Shown: piece by piece, positions 1 to 12,244 of the stretch
Layout of the letters: every line of letters starts with the position of its first letter
How positions within the stretch are numbered: the stretch's first letter is position 1
DNA from: Chiloscyllium plagiosum
Taxonomy: Eukaryota
Direction: 5' to 3'
Assembly: GCF_004010195.1 (NCBI RefSeq)
Contig: NC_057728.1
Location: forward strand, 51,899,444 to 51,944,449
DNA length: 45,006 bases
Translations under genes and position numbers: made by a program
Notes under the pieces: generated by a model
The model's database searches: none
Told to the model about the DNA's origin: nothing
Seen by the model: the letters and a program-made list of their open reading frames with translations, nothing else

Positions 1-272
1 TCAAATGGGTTCACGTCCCATTATTACAGCCAGTACTCTTTGAATTCAATTAATAAATCTAGAATTTAAATCTAGCCTCAGTAATGGTGACTATTATCAA
101 TTATTGCAAAAACAAGGCCCATCTGTTTCACTAATGTCTTTTAGGGAAAGAAATCTGTTCCCCTTACCTGGTCTGGCCCATATATGACCCTGGGAGAAAT
201 GTGGTTGACTTTTACCTGCCTTCTGCAATGGTCCTGACTCAGCTAGTATGCCCACATCCCATGAATGCCTTA
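1..272 (+). mobile_element. Shark SINE (here 'family A', L2-like tail), 5' end cut by the window edge
   Basis: Shares gaattcaattaataaatct..gtaatggtgac..cccatctg..cactaatgtc..tagggaa..cccacatcccatgaa with the copies at 4675, 14063, 33445 and 41730. Confidence 0.8.
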
Positions 273-847
273 AAAGAAAGGCTAAATATATTTGTTTCAG
301 GTCTCCATGAGAGCATTTTATCGAGACCTGGTCGTCCCCTTTCTTTCCCTGCAAATGTGTTTCTGTTCAGTTAATTTTCTGAATTACATTTGAAAGCTAT
401 GTCCAGCACACATTCAGGAGATACATTTTAATTCCCAGCCACTCTCTGTGGAATATTGTTTTTCCTCATGTCACTTTTAGTTCTTTTATTGATCACCTTA
501 AATAAGTGTCCTTTGTTTCTCCATCCTACCACCATTGACACAACTTCTCCTCATCCAACCTGTCCAGACCCCTCATGGTTTTTAACATTTCAATCAAATC
601 TCCATCTCAATCTTCTCTTCTCTGAGGACATCTTCAGTATAGAGACACATGGGAGCAGTGATGGGCTCGGAACACGTCAATTTCAAATTCTCGTCCAAGT
701 TGTACCTTATCCTGACTTCGAAATATACTTAAGGTATCAATGTATTTCCAATATCACTGGATCAAAATCTTGGAACTCCTGATTTGGTGACATTGTAGGA
801 TCAGCTTCGTCATGTCCACTCTAGTCACTTACTTGGAATTACTTGGA

Positions 848-1160
848 AGATACATCACGGAAACAGGCCATTCAGCCCAACCAATCCATGCTTCAATCAA
901 TCCTCCTCCCATCTTCCCCGGTCTAAATCTATAATTATAACTCTAGTCCTTTCTCCCTCATCTAATAGACTGGCTTCCTCTAAATGCAGTTATACCCCTT
1001 GATTCAACCACTTTCTGTCATAACAAATTCCACATCCCAACCATTCTCCAGTAAAAATGTTTTTTATTCTGAATTCCTTATTTGGATTTCTTGGGAACCT
1101 TTTGACATTGATGGCCTCTAGTTATCATTTCTATTTTCTCACAAGTGGAAGCATTGAGCT
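848..1160 (-). mobile_element. Degenerate CR1 LINE 3' end
   Basis: aacaggccattcagccc 3'-UTR motif followed by decayed RT C-terminal sequence, as in the other CR1 tails in the window. Confidence 0.6.
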
Positions 1161-1509
1161 GGCTTTTACAGGATGCTATGTTCTCCATACCTCTAGGGCT
1201 AAAATGTTGACAGGAATAACTGGGTACAGTATTACCTGCTTCAGGGATGACTTTATCCCAGTCCTGGATGGAGAACCTGTCCTTCAGCAGCTGTCAGCCA
1301 GTCAGAAGTGCTGTAAACCCACCAGCCCCACCATGGGCCATTGCTGGGATTATGGGTGGTCCTTTCACCCAGGAGAGTCCAAATAAGTCAGGGGTCTCAG
1401 CAGGGGAGGGTGAGGGTTGTATGTAGTGAGGAGGAAGGGGCTATGTTCAAGTGACTGAGTTGGGGATGGATGATCTTTGCTGGAGGATCTCTAATGGGAC
1501 CAAGGAGCT

Positions 1510-2065
1510 TGCAACAAACTATATAAGGCATTTTTCAACCATAGCTGCAATACTGGGAACATTTTGGGTCCCTTATCAAACGAAAGATATACTGACACTG
1601 GAGACAGTCCAGAGAAGGTTCATTAGTTTGCTATCAAGAATGGAGACAGACAGTTATGAGGAGAGGTTAAGTGGGTTGGGCCTGCACTCATTGGAATTCA
1701 GAACAAGAGGAGACTTGATTGAAACATACAAGATTCTTGGAAGACTTGACAGGTCAAAAAGATTGTCTCCCCTTGTGGGAGAGTCTAACACCAGAATAAA
1801 GGGTTATATATTAAGACAGAGAAGAGGAGAAATTTCTTCTCTCTGAGGGTAGTGAATCTGTGGAATTCATTATCACCGAGAGCTGTTGAGGCTGAGATTT
1901 AAGTATTTTTAAGGTTGAGATAGACAGATTTTCAATCAGAAAGGGAATGAATAGTTGTAGTTAAAAGACAGCAAGCTGGAGTTGAGGATTGTCACATCAA
2001 CGACGATCTCATGGAACAGCGGAGCAGACTTGAGAGACAGAATGGCATGCTCCTGTTCCTAGAAA
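1510..2065 (+). mobile_element. CR1 LINE 3' fragment
   Basis: ORF 1451..1846 contains FWVPY..KDILTLETVQRRF..YEERLSGLGLHSLE..RGDLIETYKIL, the CR1 ORF2 C-terminus. Confidence 0.88.
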
Positions 2066-2401
2066 TACTAGTCTAATGGTCTTATGATTGTCACCATTTC
2101 AGCTGAAGGTAGTTGCCTCAGTTGTGAGCCGAAGGGATGTCCTCTTGCAGGGGCAATGATGGTTGGGTTCCTGCCTCTCAGGTCCTTATTGATGTGGCAA
2201 AGGATTTCTCTAGGTGTGAGAGGCACTTGCCGGGCACTTAGTGGACTATTTGACAAGCCAAGGTGTTCACCAGATGAGATGGGTAACTGATTACACCATG
2301 TACATGCTGTACACTAATGGGTTATTATTAGGAGATACTGCCATCTTACTGCCCGGTGGTCACAATCCAGTCACTACAGGATGATAGCTAGAACCTAAAC
2401 T

Positions 2402-2604
2402 TGATTTGGAGATGCTGGTGTTGGACTGGGGTGTACAAAGTTAAAAATCACACAACACCAGGTTATAGTCCAACAGGTTTAATTGGAAGCACACTAGCTC
2501 CAGGTGGTAGACTACCACCTGATAAAGGAGTGTCGCTCCCGAAAGTTAGTGTGCTTCCAATTAAACCTATTGGACTATAACCTGGTGTTGTGTGATTTTT
2601 AACT
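2402..2604. mobile_element. Penelope-derived fold-back element with hammerhead-like core and 13-bp TSD
   Basis: About 60-bp inverted arms (2438-2499 and 2545-2605). TSD tagaacctaaact at 2389-2401 and 2605-2617. Core CTGATAA-AGGAG..CTCCC-GAAA-GTTA at 2519-2548. Confidence 0.8.
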
Positions 2605-2819
2605 TAGAACCTAAACTGGTAGCAAATTTGGGCAACAGCACATTGTACTGTAGACAGAGTCAGAAACTCCAACTGGGGGATTTCCAAGTGGGGATACACC
2701 CCACTGTGTGGACATTTATATTGATGGATCAAGCTAAGCAGGTTACAGTGAGAGAAAGATGGCAATGGGATCCATGATCCTGAGAGACAGGTGGGGTAAA
2801 GTTAAAGTTGAAACTTTAT

Positions 2820-3425
2820 TGCTGGAACAGCACAGCAGGTCAGGCAGCATCCAGGGAACAGGAGATTCGACGTTTCAGGCACAGGCCCTTCTTCAGAAAT
2901 GAGCTGAGAGTGTTCAGCAGGAGAAGATAAAAGGTAGGGAGGAGGGACTTGGAGGAGGGGCGTTGGAAATGTGATAGGTGGAAAGAGGTCAAGGTGAAGG
3001 TGATAGGTCGGAGTAGGATGGAGGCGGAGAGGTCAAGAAGAAGACTGCAGGTCAGGAAGGCGGTGCCGGGCTGGAGGGATTCGGCTGAGACAAGGTGGGG
3101 GGAGGGGGGATGAAGAAACTGGTGAAGTCCAAGTTCATCCCCTGTGGTTGGAGGGTTCCCAGTCGGAAGATAAGACGCTCCTCCTCCGACCGTCGCGTTG
3201 TTGTGGTTTGGCGGTGGATGAGTCCAATGACCTGCATATCCTCGGTGGAGTTGGAGGGGGAGTTGAAATGCTGTGCTACAGGGTGGTTGGGTTGGTTCGT
3301 CCGGGTGGCCCAGAGGTGCTCTCTGAATCGCTCCGCAAGTAGGCGGCCTGTCTCCCCAATATAGAGGAGGCCACACCGGCTGCAGCGGATGCAGTAGATG
3401 ATGTGGGTGGAGGTGCAGGTGAATC
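2820..3425 (-). mobile_element. Penelope-like retroelement 3' fragment (GIY-YIG endonuclease plus terminal repeat)
   Basis: Stop-free frame FTCTSTHIIYCIRCSRCGLLYIGETGRLLAERFREH...PVAQHFN...EEERLIFRLGTLQPQGMN, followed by a terminus that recurs in many short elements in this window. Confidence 0.92.
2865..2900 (-). ncRNA. Minimal type I hammerhead ribozyme motif in the Penelope terminus
   Basis: Minus strand ATTT-CTGAAGA-A-GGGC ctgt GCCT-GAAA-CGTC-GAAT shows the conserved CUGANGA and GAAA core, stem II, a palindromic ACGU stem III, a GUC site and a short stem I (ATTT/GAAT). Confidence 0.7.
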
Positions 3426-3636
3426 TTACCTTTGGGTATGAGTGCTCAACAAATAAATTAGTGGGACTCGGATTTGTAGTAACTTATCCGAATGAATTAT
3501 CAATGTCCTCATGCAATTCCTGAACTAAGTACCTGGCAAAATGGACCAGGCAGTGATTCTGGAGTGGGGGAATCTATTCTCTGTCGCACCCTTTTGCATA
3601 ACAGCCATTAGTCACCAATGGCACTCACCAAGACTA

Positions 3637-3858
3637 CAGGTAGTTCTTCTATAACGTGATGATTGTGTTCTTGTGTGACCCCCGCATTTATAAAAGAACC
3701 GTGCTTTAGAAACGTCATTTAAGGTGTTGGCAATGTGACCATGTTACAGCCAACACACACTTTAAAAGTTTGCACGATAGAAACTTTGTCCCCGATTCAT
3801 CAAATCATGTTCCAGCAAATTTGCGTTAACGAAACACGCGTTGTAGCAGAACAACCTG
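3637..3858. mobile_element. Tc1/mariner-pogo (Tigger-like) MITE
   Basis: TA|CAGGTAGTTCTTCTATAACG ... CGTTGTAGCAGAACAACCTG|TA: 20-bp TIRs with 3 mismatches and a TA target duplication. Confidence 0.85.
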
Positions 3859-4674
3859 TATTACATCCACAAGGTCAAGACACACTCAGTGACAGAACTC
3901 TGCAGGGAAGAAATAAAGAGGACAGGCAAGATGGAAAAAGAGAGCTGGTGGATGGGATCATATGGGATTCCCTGGAAATCTGGAGTAGTGATGGCTCTTG
4001 AGAAACAGCACCCTCTTTTAAAGAATGAACAGATGAGTGATTCTAAGGACAGTGATAAAAGTGAAAGGTAGAAAGGCCCTTATAGACGTCAATCTAAGGG
4101 ATAGGATGTGGCTTAAGGAGGATTGTGGTTAGTGCCATTAGGCAGCAGGGAGGGATTTTACAGCTAATGCAGGGGAGAATCAGGAGTAGGATTTGGGCAA
4201 GTTGAGTATTCAAGTGGGGAGTGGAGGAGGTGGTCTTTGAGGAAGTGGATTCTCTGCACCCTCTTCCTTGCTCAACACCAGCCTGTGTATCTAACGTTGC
4301 TGGGCTTGGTGGCGAGGTGGTAGCAGGAAGGTAACCCACTGGACTTTATGCACTTTGCTCACCACAAACCCCCATACCTGTAGCCCCACCCCTAGCCTTC
4401 AAACTTTGTCAGCAGGGTCGGTTAAAATCAACCCCAACCTCTCCACCAATATGGTTAGGGCAACATCAATAAATGTCACCTTGCCAGGGGTGCCCACACC
4501 TTGAGAGGAAATGAAGCTGCCCTCAGCTTATTGATTCCTGTTCATTAGACTCCCTGATCAAACAATCCAGCTAATCAACTCTCGGAAATAAAAGTGCCAA
4601 AATTGGGTATAATTTCACATCATGCTTCAATCATGAGGGCTGGGGAAATGGGCTTTGGCTGCAGAATGTACTTT

Positions 4675-5055
4675 TTAAAAATGTATCATGGTGTGTGAGT
4701 GTTGTTTGCTGGGCCAAGATTTATCGCCTATTCCCAATTGCCTCGATCCAAGAGGTCTGTAAGGGCCATTTGAGAGGACAGTTAAGAGTCAAACACATTG
4801 CCATGGGCCTAGAATCACATGTAGCCACAACAAATTTCCTTCCCTAAGGGACATTAGTGAATCAGATGGGTTTTTACAACAATGGTTACATGGTCACCAT
4901 TAGGCTAGTTTTTAATTCCAGATTGTTTTTTTCCCTATTGAACTCACATTTCACCATCTGCCCTGGGGAATTCAAAGCAATGTTCCCAGAGGATTCCTCT
5001 GGATTTCTCGATTACCAGTTCATGGACATTAACATTATGCCACTGCCTCCTCATG
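4675..5055 (-). mobile_element. SINE family A
   Basis: Reverse-complement similarity to 1-272 and 14063-14405. Confidence 0.8.
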
Positions 5056-5142
5056 AATGCTGTTCTGACCTGAAACCCGTCCTCGAATCTCAGCTTTTCT
5101 GTTTTTATTAATGAATCACTCGGTAATATTGAACTTAAAGAT

Positions 5143-5445
5143 TGAAAAGAGAGACATGTTGTCAAAACTTTTCATCTTCAGGACAAATGCATGAATGCCA
5201 AATTTCAAATGATCACACTAATTTATACTAAAGGAGGAAAGGGAGTTAATTGGCTGACAAGTCAACTCTGACTAGCTGTTGCTTTCTCCACGATAATGCC
5301 TCAACCAATCACAGTCAACTTGCCCACCAATCAGCTTCTTTGTTTTGTGTGCTATAAATGGTCATAATTGTTTGAAATTTGGCATTCTTGTGTTTATCCT
5401 GACAAGTGCACAATGAAAATATTTGACAATATGTCTATCTTTTCA
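5143..5445. repeat. About 300-bp fold-back (palindromic) element
   Basis: Outer arms 5143-5209 and 5371-5445 and inner arms ~5241-5275 and ~5305-5340 are reverse complements. A decayed CTGA..GAAA motif lies at ~5399-5419. Confidence 0.75.
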
Positions 5446-6257
5446 GCATGTTTTTTTAATGCTTTGAATGAAGAGATAGAGGGTCATGCAGACGATGCTA
5501 AGTTAGAAGATGCGGCATTTTGTGAATAGGAAGTTGGAAAAGGACATGGACAAACTTTAAGGACATAGTATTTACATGTAGGCAAATAAAAGGGGTTTCA
5601 AGCCCATGTTAAGCAATATTTGCTGACTCCTAAGAGACTTGAAACACAGAGCAGTTATGGCATTTTTAGATACAGGTCCACAAATGACCCAGCAAAAGTA
5701 CAGTGCTCCAACATGGACAGCATAAGTCACAGTTCACAGCATGTAATATATCTCCATTAATAAAAATAATACACAAAGGCCAAAGTCATAAATAGAGATT
5801 GTTAATTGACTCTACAGAATGATACCTATTCTATTGCTAGCTTTTTAGAAGTTTCAACTTGTAGCAAATTAATTTTAATAAGTATCTTCATTCACTTAGA
5901 GGACAGTTTTGAGCAGCATTCTGATTTTACCTCAAGGTATCTCTTCCCAGGTTTCCCCCATCTTTGTCACAAGTTTGATAGAAATCTTGTTTCCACATAG
6001 AGTTAAGTTGCCACCCAAGTTCCATAGGCACAAGCAAAATGAGGAACACTTTGGTGTTTTCGGAACACAAATTATCAAGATGTAGACTCCCATCCTTACA
6101 TGAGTAAATGTATCTGTTGTTCACAATCTGCTGAATAGAACTGCTGCTCAAATCTTTGTTACAATCTGAAATGCCATTCTCTGTGGGATCTGGTTGACAT
6201 GCAGTCACTTATTTCTGTAAAATATTTCCTGTTTTATGTACTTTTTGTATTTAAACT

Positions 6258-6540
6258 GAGGAGGCCCTCTGTTTGAGCATGTAGTGCCTTCACTTCTGAG
6301 TCAGAAACTCCAGGTTTAAATCCCAACCCAGGATTTGATGGCTAAGGAAGATGTATTTATATCTCAGTCACACAGGATCAATTTGAAAACCCTTCCGACA
6401 CATACACACACAAAGCTAGTGAGATCGGGAGGGATTCCTGGACAACTGTGTAATGGATAGAAATTAGAGCCTGCACCATCACTAGTTCTAGGTAACAACA
6501 TACCTGTAAAAGTGCATGTTGTGACAGCAACTCACACCCG
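6258..6540 (+). mobile_element. tRNA-derived SINE (second family), degenerate
   Basis: tRNA-like head (gtagtgcc..ctgagtcagaa..ggtttaaatccc, B-box-like). Confidence 0.5.
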
Positions 6541-6644
6541 TGGAGGGGTCAGTTGGCTTGAATGACTAGTGTGGATCAGACATATACAGTTTGACCCCTG
6601 TTCCAGCTGACGTTGGGTACCATACCTATCTGTGGGTAAAGTCA

Positions 6645-7020
6645 TAGGTTATTAGAGTCAACGAATTGCTGCAGCACGGAAACAGACGCTTTGGTCCAAC
6701 TCATCCATGCTGATCAGGTATCCAAAATTAATCTAGTTCCATTTGCCAGCATTTGGCCCATATGTCTCTCAACCCTTCCTATTCATATACCCATCCACAT
6801 GCCTTTTAAATGCTGTAATTGTACCGGCCTCCACCAATTTCTCTGGCAGCTCGTTCCATATACCCACCATCATCTGCATGAAAAAGACCCTTTAGAAATC
6901 TTTTCCTCTCACCTTAAACTTATGCCCTCTTGTTTTGGACTCCACCACCCTGGGGAAAAGACATTGTCTATTTACCCTATCCATGCTCCTCATGATTTTA
7001 TAAACCTCTATAAGGTCATG
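6645..7020 (-). mobile_element. CR1 LINE 3' end
   Basis: Reverse complement of the same tail seen at 26925-27470 (GDLIEVYKIMRGMDR..., agagtca tail). Confidence 0.88.
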
Positions 7021-7120
7021 TAGGACCGACCTTTCAGTAGAAGAGCCAAGGAGAAAAGGAGATTGCAGTGTCCAAAATCATTTCATCCAAATTATATTTT
7101 ATTCAAGTTCTTCCTATTAT

Positions 7121-9745
7121 AGAACAAAGAACAAAGAAAGTTTACAGCCCAGAAATAGGCTCTTCGGCCCTCCAAGCCTGAATCTATCGAAATGTATTGT
7201 CTAAACCTGTCGGTCAATTCCTAAGCATCTGTATCCCTCTGTTCACCATCTGTCCAGATGCATCTTAAATTAATCTACTGTGCCTGCCTCTACCACCTCT
7301 GCTGGCAACGCGTTCCAAACGTCCACCACCCTCTGTGTGAAGTACTTGCCGCGTGTATCCCCCTTAAACTTTCCACCTCTCACCTTGAAGGTGTGACCTC
7401 TCGTTATTGAATCCTTCACCCTGGGAAAACGTTTGTCTCTATCCACCCTGTCTATACCCTTCATGATTTTGTAAATCTCAATCAGGTCCCCCCTCAATCT
7501 CCTTTTTCTAATGAAAATAAACCTAACCTACTCAACCTCTCTTCATAGCTAGCACCTTCCATATCAGGCAACAGCCTCGTAAACCTTCTCTGCACACTCT
7601 CCAAAGCGTCCACATCCTTTCGGTAATGTGGTGACCAGAACTGTACACAGTATTCTAAATGCAGTCGAACCAATGTCTTGTACAATTTTAATATGACTTG
7701 CTAGCTCTTGTATTCAATACCCCGGCCAATGAAGGCAAGCATACTATATGCCTGCTTGACCACTCTATCCACCTGTACAGCAACCTTCAGGATACAATGG
7801 ACCTACACTCCCAAATCTCTCTGGCCATCAACTTCTCCCAAGGCTCTTCCATTCATTGTATAATTCGCTTTAGAATTAGTCTTGCCTAAATGCATCACCT
7901 CACAGTTGTCTGGATTGAAAACCATCTGCCACTTTTCCACCCAACTCTCCAGTCTATCTATATCCTCCTGTATTCTTTGACAGTCCCTTATGCTTTCTGC
8001 TACTCCACCAATCTTCATGTCATCTGCAAACTTGCTGATCAAACCACCAGTGCCCTCTTCTAGATCATTTATGTATATTACAAACAACAGTGGCCCCAGC
8101 ACTGACCCTGTGGAACACCACTGGTCACCTTTCTCCATTTCGAGAAACTCCCTTCAACTACTACTCTCTGTCTCCTGATGCTCAACCAGTTCTTTGTCCA
8201 CCTAGCTAGAACACCTGCGCACTATATGACTTCACTTTCTCCATTAGTCTACCACAGGGAACCTTATCAAATGCCTTACTAAAGTCCATGTATGTGGCAT
8301 CAACAGCCCTTCCTTCATCTATCAACTTGGTCACTTCCTCGAAGAACTCTATTAAGTTGGTAAGGCACAATCTCTCCCGCACAAAACCAAGTTGCCTATC
8401 ACTGATAAGCCCATTCTTTTTTAAATAGAAATAGATCCTATCCCTCAGTACCTTCTCAAGCAACCTTCCCACCACTAATGTCAGGCTCACTGGTCTGTAG
8501 TTACCCAGAATATCCCTACTACCCTTCTTGTACAGGGGACAGCATGAGCAACTCTCCTGTCCTCCGGCACCTCACCTGTATTTAAGGATGCCACAAAGAA
8601 TCTGTCAGGGCCCCAACTATTTCCTCTCTCACCTTATTCAGACTCTCACCCATTCACTCAAGTTCGACACACAGCCTTCCTTCATTATCCTTTAGTGGAC
8701 CAATCCTTTCTCTAGTTACCCACTTGCTTCTTATATAAGAATAAAATACTTTGGGATTCTCCTTAATTCTGCTCACTAAAGCTATTTCATGACCCCTTCC
8801 AGCCCGCTTGATTACTCGTTTAAGACTTGTCCTACTCTTCCGATATTCCTCCAGGACCCGTTCTGTTCTTAGTTGCCTAGACCTTATGTAAGCTTCCCTT
8901 TTCCTCTTGGCTCGTCGTACAATTTCTCCTGTCATCCACGGTTCACGAATCTTGCCCTTCCTATCCTTCGCCTTTCAACATGACACGCCTATCCTGCACT
9001 ATCTTGGACCTATCTTTGAAAGCCTCCCACATATTAAATGTGGACTTACCTTCAAATAGCTGTGTCCAATCCAAGCTCCTGCTTAATTTTGATATAATTG
9101 GCCTTGGCCCAGTTTAGTACTCTTCCCTTAGGACCACTCTCTTCTTTATCTACGAGTATTCTAAAACTTACAGAATTGTGGTCACTGTTCCCAAAGAAAT
9201 CCCAACTGCAACTTCCACCACCTGTCCTGGCTCGTTCCCCAGTACCAGGTCCAATATGGCCCCTTCCCTCGTCGGACTATTGACATACTGCTCTAGAAAA
9301 CTCTCCTGGACGCTTCTTACAAATTCTACTCCATCCAGACCTCTAACGCTAAGTGTATCCCAGTCAATGTTGGGAAAGTTAAAATCTCCCATCACCACTA
9401 CCCTATTGCCTCTATATCTTTCCATAATCTGTTTACCTATTTGTTCTTCTACCTCACGGTCACTGTTGGGAGGCCTGTAATACGGTCCCAGCAATGTAAC
9501 TGCACCTTCTTATTTCTCAGCTCCACCCATAATGCCTCACTACTCAACATCTCCATAGTGTCCTCCTTTAGCCCAGCCGTGATATCGTCCCTGACCAGCA
9601 ATGCAACTCCACCCCCTCTTTTACTTCCCTCCCTCTCCTGTCTGAAGCGTCCATATCCTGGAAAATTTAGTTGCCAACCATCATGCCCTTCCTCCAACCA
9701 AGTCTCTTGATTGCAATAACGTCATACTCCCAGGCACCAATCTCT
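7121..9745 (-). mobile_element. Long CR1-clade LINE ORF2 (APE endonuclease + RT + 3' UTR), frameshifted
   Basis: Collinear ORF fragments [108 protein letters not shown], and an agaacaaagaacaaag tail. Confidence 0.97.
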
Positions 9746-10271
9746 GGCTACTTATTCTACTATCTTGCAATTTGATTGGTTTTTGCCAAAATAGACTGAA
9801 TTTGCTGCAGCAGCAGATGCTTCATTTAGATTGAAATTTTTAAAACTGCTTCCATGATCAAATCGCTGCTACAATATAATGGTGACCAGAGAGATAGATG
9901 CCTGCCCGTCTTTTCTCCTATCCTTATTTGTGAGGGTTGGGCCCTGGGTTTCCAATGAATGGCTCCATGCTGTGGTTTTCCATTGCCTCTTAGAGGATAG
10001 CTGACCAGGAAACTCCTCTTCTTGTAGCCCACCATCACAATGTATTGGAAAGATTTTTACAAAGGTTAATCAAGCTATACAGCCACAGCACAAACACATC
10101 TCCCTTTACTGACAAGTCCTGGAGTGGGACATGAGTCCAGATTTTCTTACCCAGATGTAGTGACACAACCCGTTGTACCACGATGTATCCTGTATATCTC
10201 TAAAGATTCCATACTGTGTGCAGCCACAAGTAAAATCCCAGTTAAATGCAAATGTAAAGTTGGTTACTCAC

Positions 10272-10333
10272 TTTGACTGGCCTCTTGTTCCCAATCTTCT
10301 CGTTGTTAATTGTGGAAATTGCTGTCGAATTAT
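10272..10333 (-). CDS. RFX4: RFX4 coding exon (exon 5 equivalent, 62 nt), second part of the DNA-binding domain
   Basis: tttttatttag|ATA ATT CGA CAG...CAG TCA AA|gtgagt encodes IIRQQFPQLTTRRLGTRGQS(K). Phase 0 start matches the previous exon. Not shown in this frame in the ORF track. Confidence 0.97.
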
Positions 10334-11074
10334 CTAAATAAAAATCAGAAAAGCCCATCAGAATGGTTTTAATTCGCCATCCCTTGTAAGATTTTGTGAT
10401 GAAATGTACAAATGGATGTGAGTCAGTTCTGTGGATATTTTTTTCAAAAGCCAGAAAATCAATTTGGAGCAGTGACCTAAGCGTATCAGTTCTAAAAAGG
10501 TGTGTGATCACAGTCAAATGCCTGGGAGAAGTGCTGTAGTGTCAATGGATAAAGGTCATTAATTTAATATCAGAACAGAAGGTTTTAAGTTTTAGTTGAG
10601 AAACCCTTAGCATTCATTTCTGAGTGGAACACTTTTCTCCCAACTGGAGAATCAAGTCAATCCAGGGGAAACAGTCACTTCAGTAGAAGTGGTTTCTGGC
10701 CTGATTTAAGGTCCTGGCATCTTGGTTAGGGGGGTGTTGAGAGCTATCCATCCCCAGCTCTTGCTGATGAATTCCCTCCTCTGCAAATCCCAAGCTGGGA
10801 ACACTTCCTCCTATCACACACCTTTGCAGGTCTCCATCAACAATACTAGGCCTCAGTCAGGTACAATGAAGAGCCTGCTAACTTCTGATTGGTCAGAAGC
10901 TCTTGGAGGGAGAGACATCTGGCTCCAGGGTCCTCAATTCTGGGGAAGGGCCATGACTGCTTGACGGGCCTTATATTAAAAGAGGCAACTGTGGGCTATT
11001 GCTGGCTTTCCAGCTGGTGGATAAGGCCCCACTACCTCCTTATCTACATAAACATATCTTACAAATTTAAGAAT

Positions 11075-11452
11075 TAGGAACAGAAGTATTCAGCCCTTTG
11101 AGCCTATTCCACAATTCAATAAGACTGTGGTCAATCTGTTTGTTCTCTGAATTCCACATTCCCATTTACATCTGATAACTTTTCATTCCCCTTCTGAGAC
11201 AGAGTTTGAAAGTCACACCGCCACTCTGACAGAAAATAAAATTCTTCTGATCTCTGTCTTAAAAAGGCAACAACTAATTTTAGAACAGTGCACTCTAATT
11301 CTGGACCGACTCACAAGAGGACACATCCTTTCCATGTCCACTTTGTCAAAACCATTCAGGATCTTGTATACTTCAATCAAGTCAGTCCTCACTCTTCTAA
11401 GTACTAATGGAAACAAGCCCAGTCTCTCCAACCTTTCCTCATAAGACAACAA
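11075..11452 (-). mobile_element. CR1 LINE 3' fragment
   Basis: ORF LSYEERLERLGLF...DLIEVYKILNGFDKVD. Confidence 0.88.
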
Positions 11453-11546
11453 TAAGTCACATTGTAATTACAGTCTCCCATCGGCAGTGGTACAGCAATG
11501 TCTTTACTGGAAGGAGAGGTCAGTGCAGTGTAACATGTTAAAATTA

Positions 11547-11720
11547 AAAATCCTACAACACCAGGTTATAGTTCAACAAGTTTATTTGGAAGTGCAAGGT
11601 TTCAGAACTCTGCTCCTTTGTCAGGTAGCTTGTACTGCCAAATAAACCTGTCGGACCATAACCTGATGTTGTGCGATTTTTCACTTTGTCCACCCCAGTC
11701 CAACACTGGCACCTCCACAT
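11547..11720. mobile_element. Penelope-derived fold-back element (same family as 2402-2604)
   Basis: Inverted arms caacaccaggttat / ataacctgatgttg. TSD catgttaaaatta at 11534-11546 versus catgtttaaatta at 11721-11733. Confidence 0.78.
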
Positions 11721-12244
11721 CATGTTTAAATTAGACTGTTTCTGTTACAAACATGGATTGGAGAATTTTCATTGAAAATATAAAAGACAGGTCAGAATTT
11801 CTGGCTTTAAAATAGTGACTGAGGTAAGGATCGACTATTCTTGACTCTCTAAACCTGCTTTCCTCTCGGTTATATTTTACCTTGATTTTCTAGATTCAGT
11901 TCCCAGGGAGATTGACATACATTTGGACTCCTCTTGTTTTTTTAATCTGCAGACTGTATCCCAGCGACAGCATGAGAAAGTACAGTATTAGTTTTCCCTC
12001 TATCCAGCTTTCCCTCACGCCCATCTCTCTCTTGCTTTCCCTCTCTCTATAGTTTGCAGATTGTCAGATTGCTTATTTGACATCCAGCAGAAATTTCCTC
12101 CAAGCTACATTATGGGAAGGCTGAAGCCTCTTTGGCCCCTGTCACAAACTCCATTCCCTTTCTACCCAACCTGCCCTCCCACCAACACACAGCCTCACTG
12201 GACACAGCCTGAGGATGAAACCGGACTATTCGCAAACCTTGCTT

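Noticed and set aside
2840..3376. 178-aa ORF
   Set aside because: It is an alternative frame over the Penelope endonuclease and terminus.
3890..4020. Possible Harbinger transposase remnant (GYPL..W.M-like)
   Set aside because: It needs several frameshifts and is too weak to call without a search.
9826..10065. Minus-strand peptide SFQYIVMVGYKKRSFLVS loosely resembling RFX4 exon 6 (SSQYYDVMYSKKGAAWVS)
   Set aside because: It lacks the invariant YHYYGI and SPRSKLGTLLP segments and a suitable acceptor, and the real exons are near-identical to RFX4, so the similarity is probably chance.
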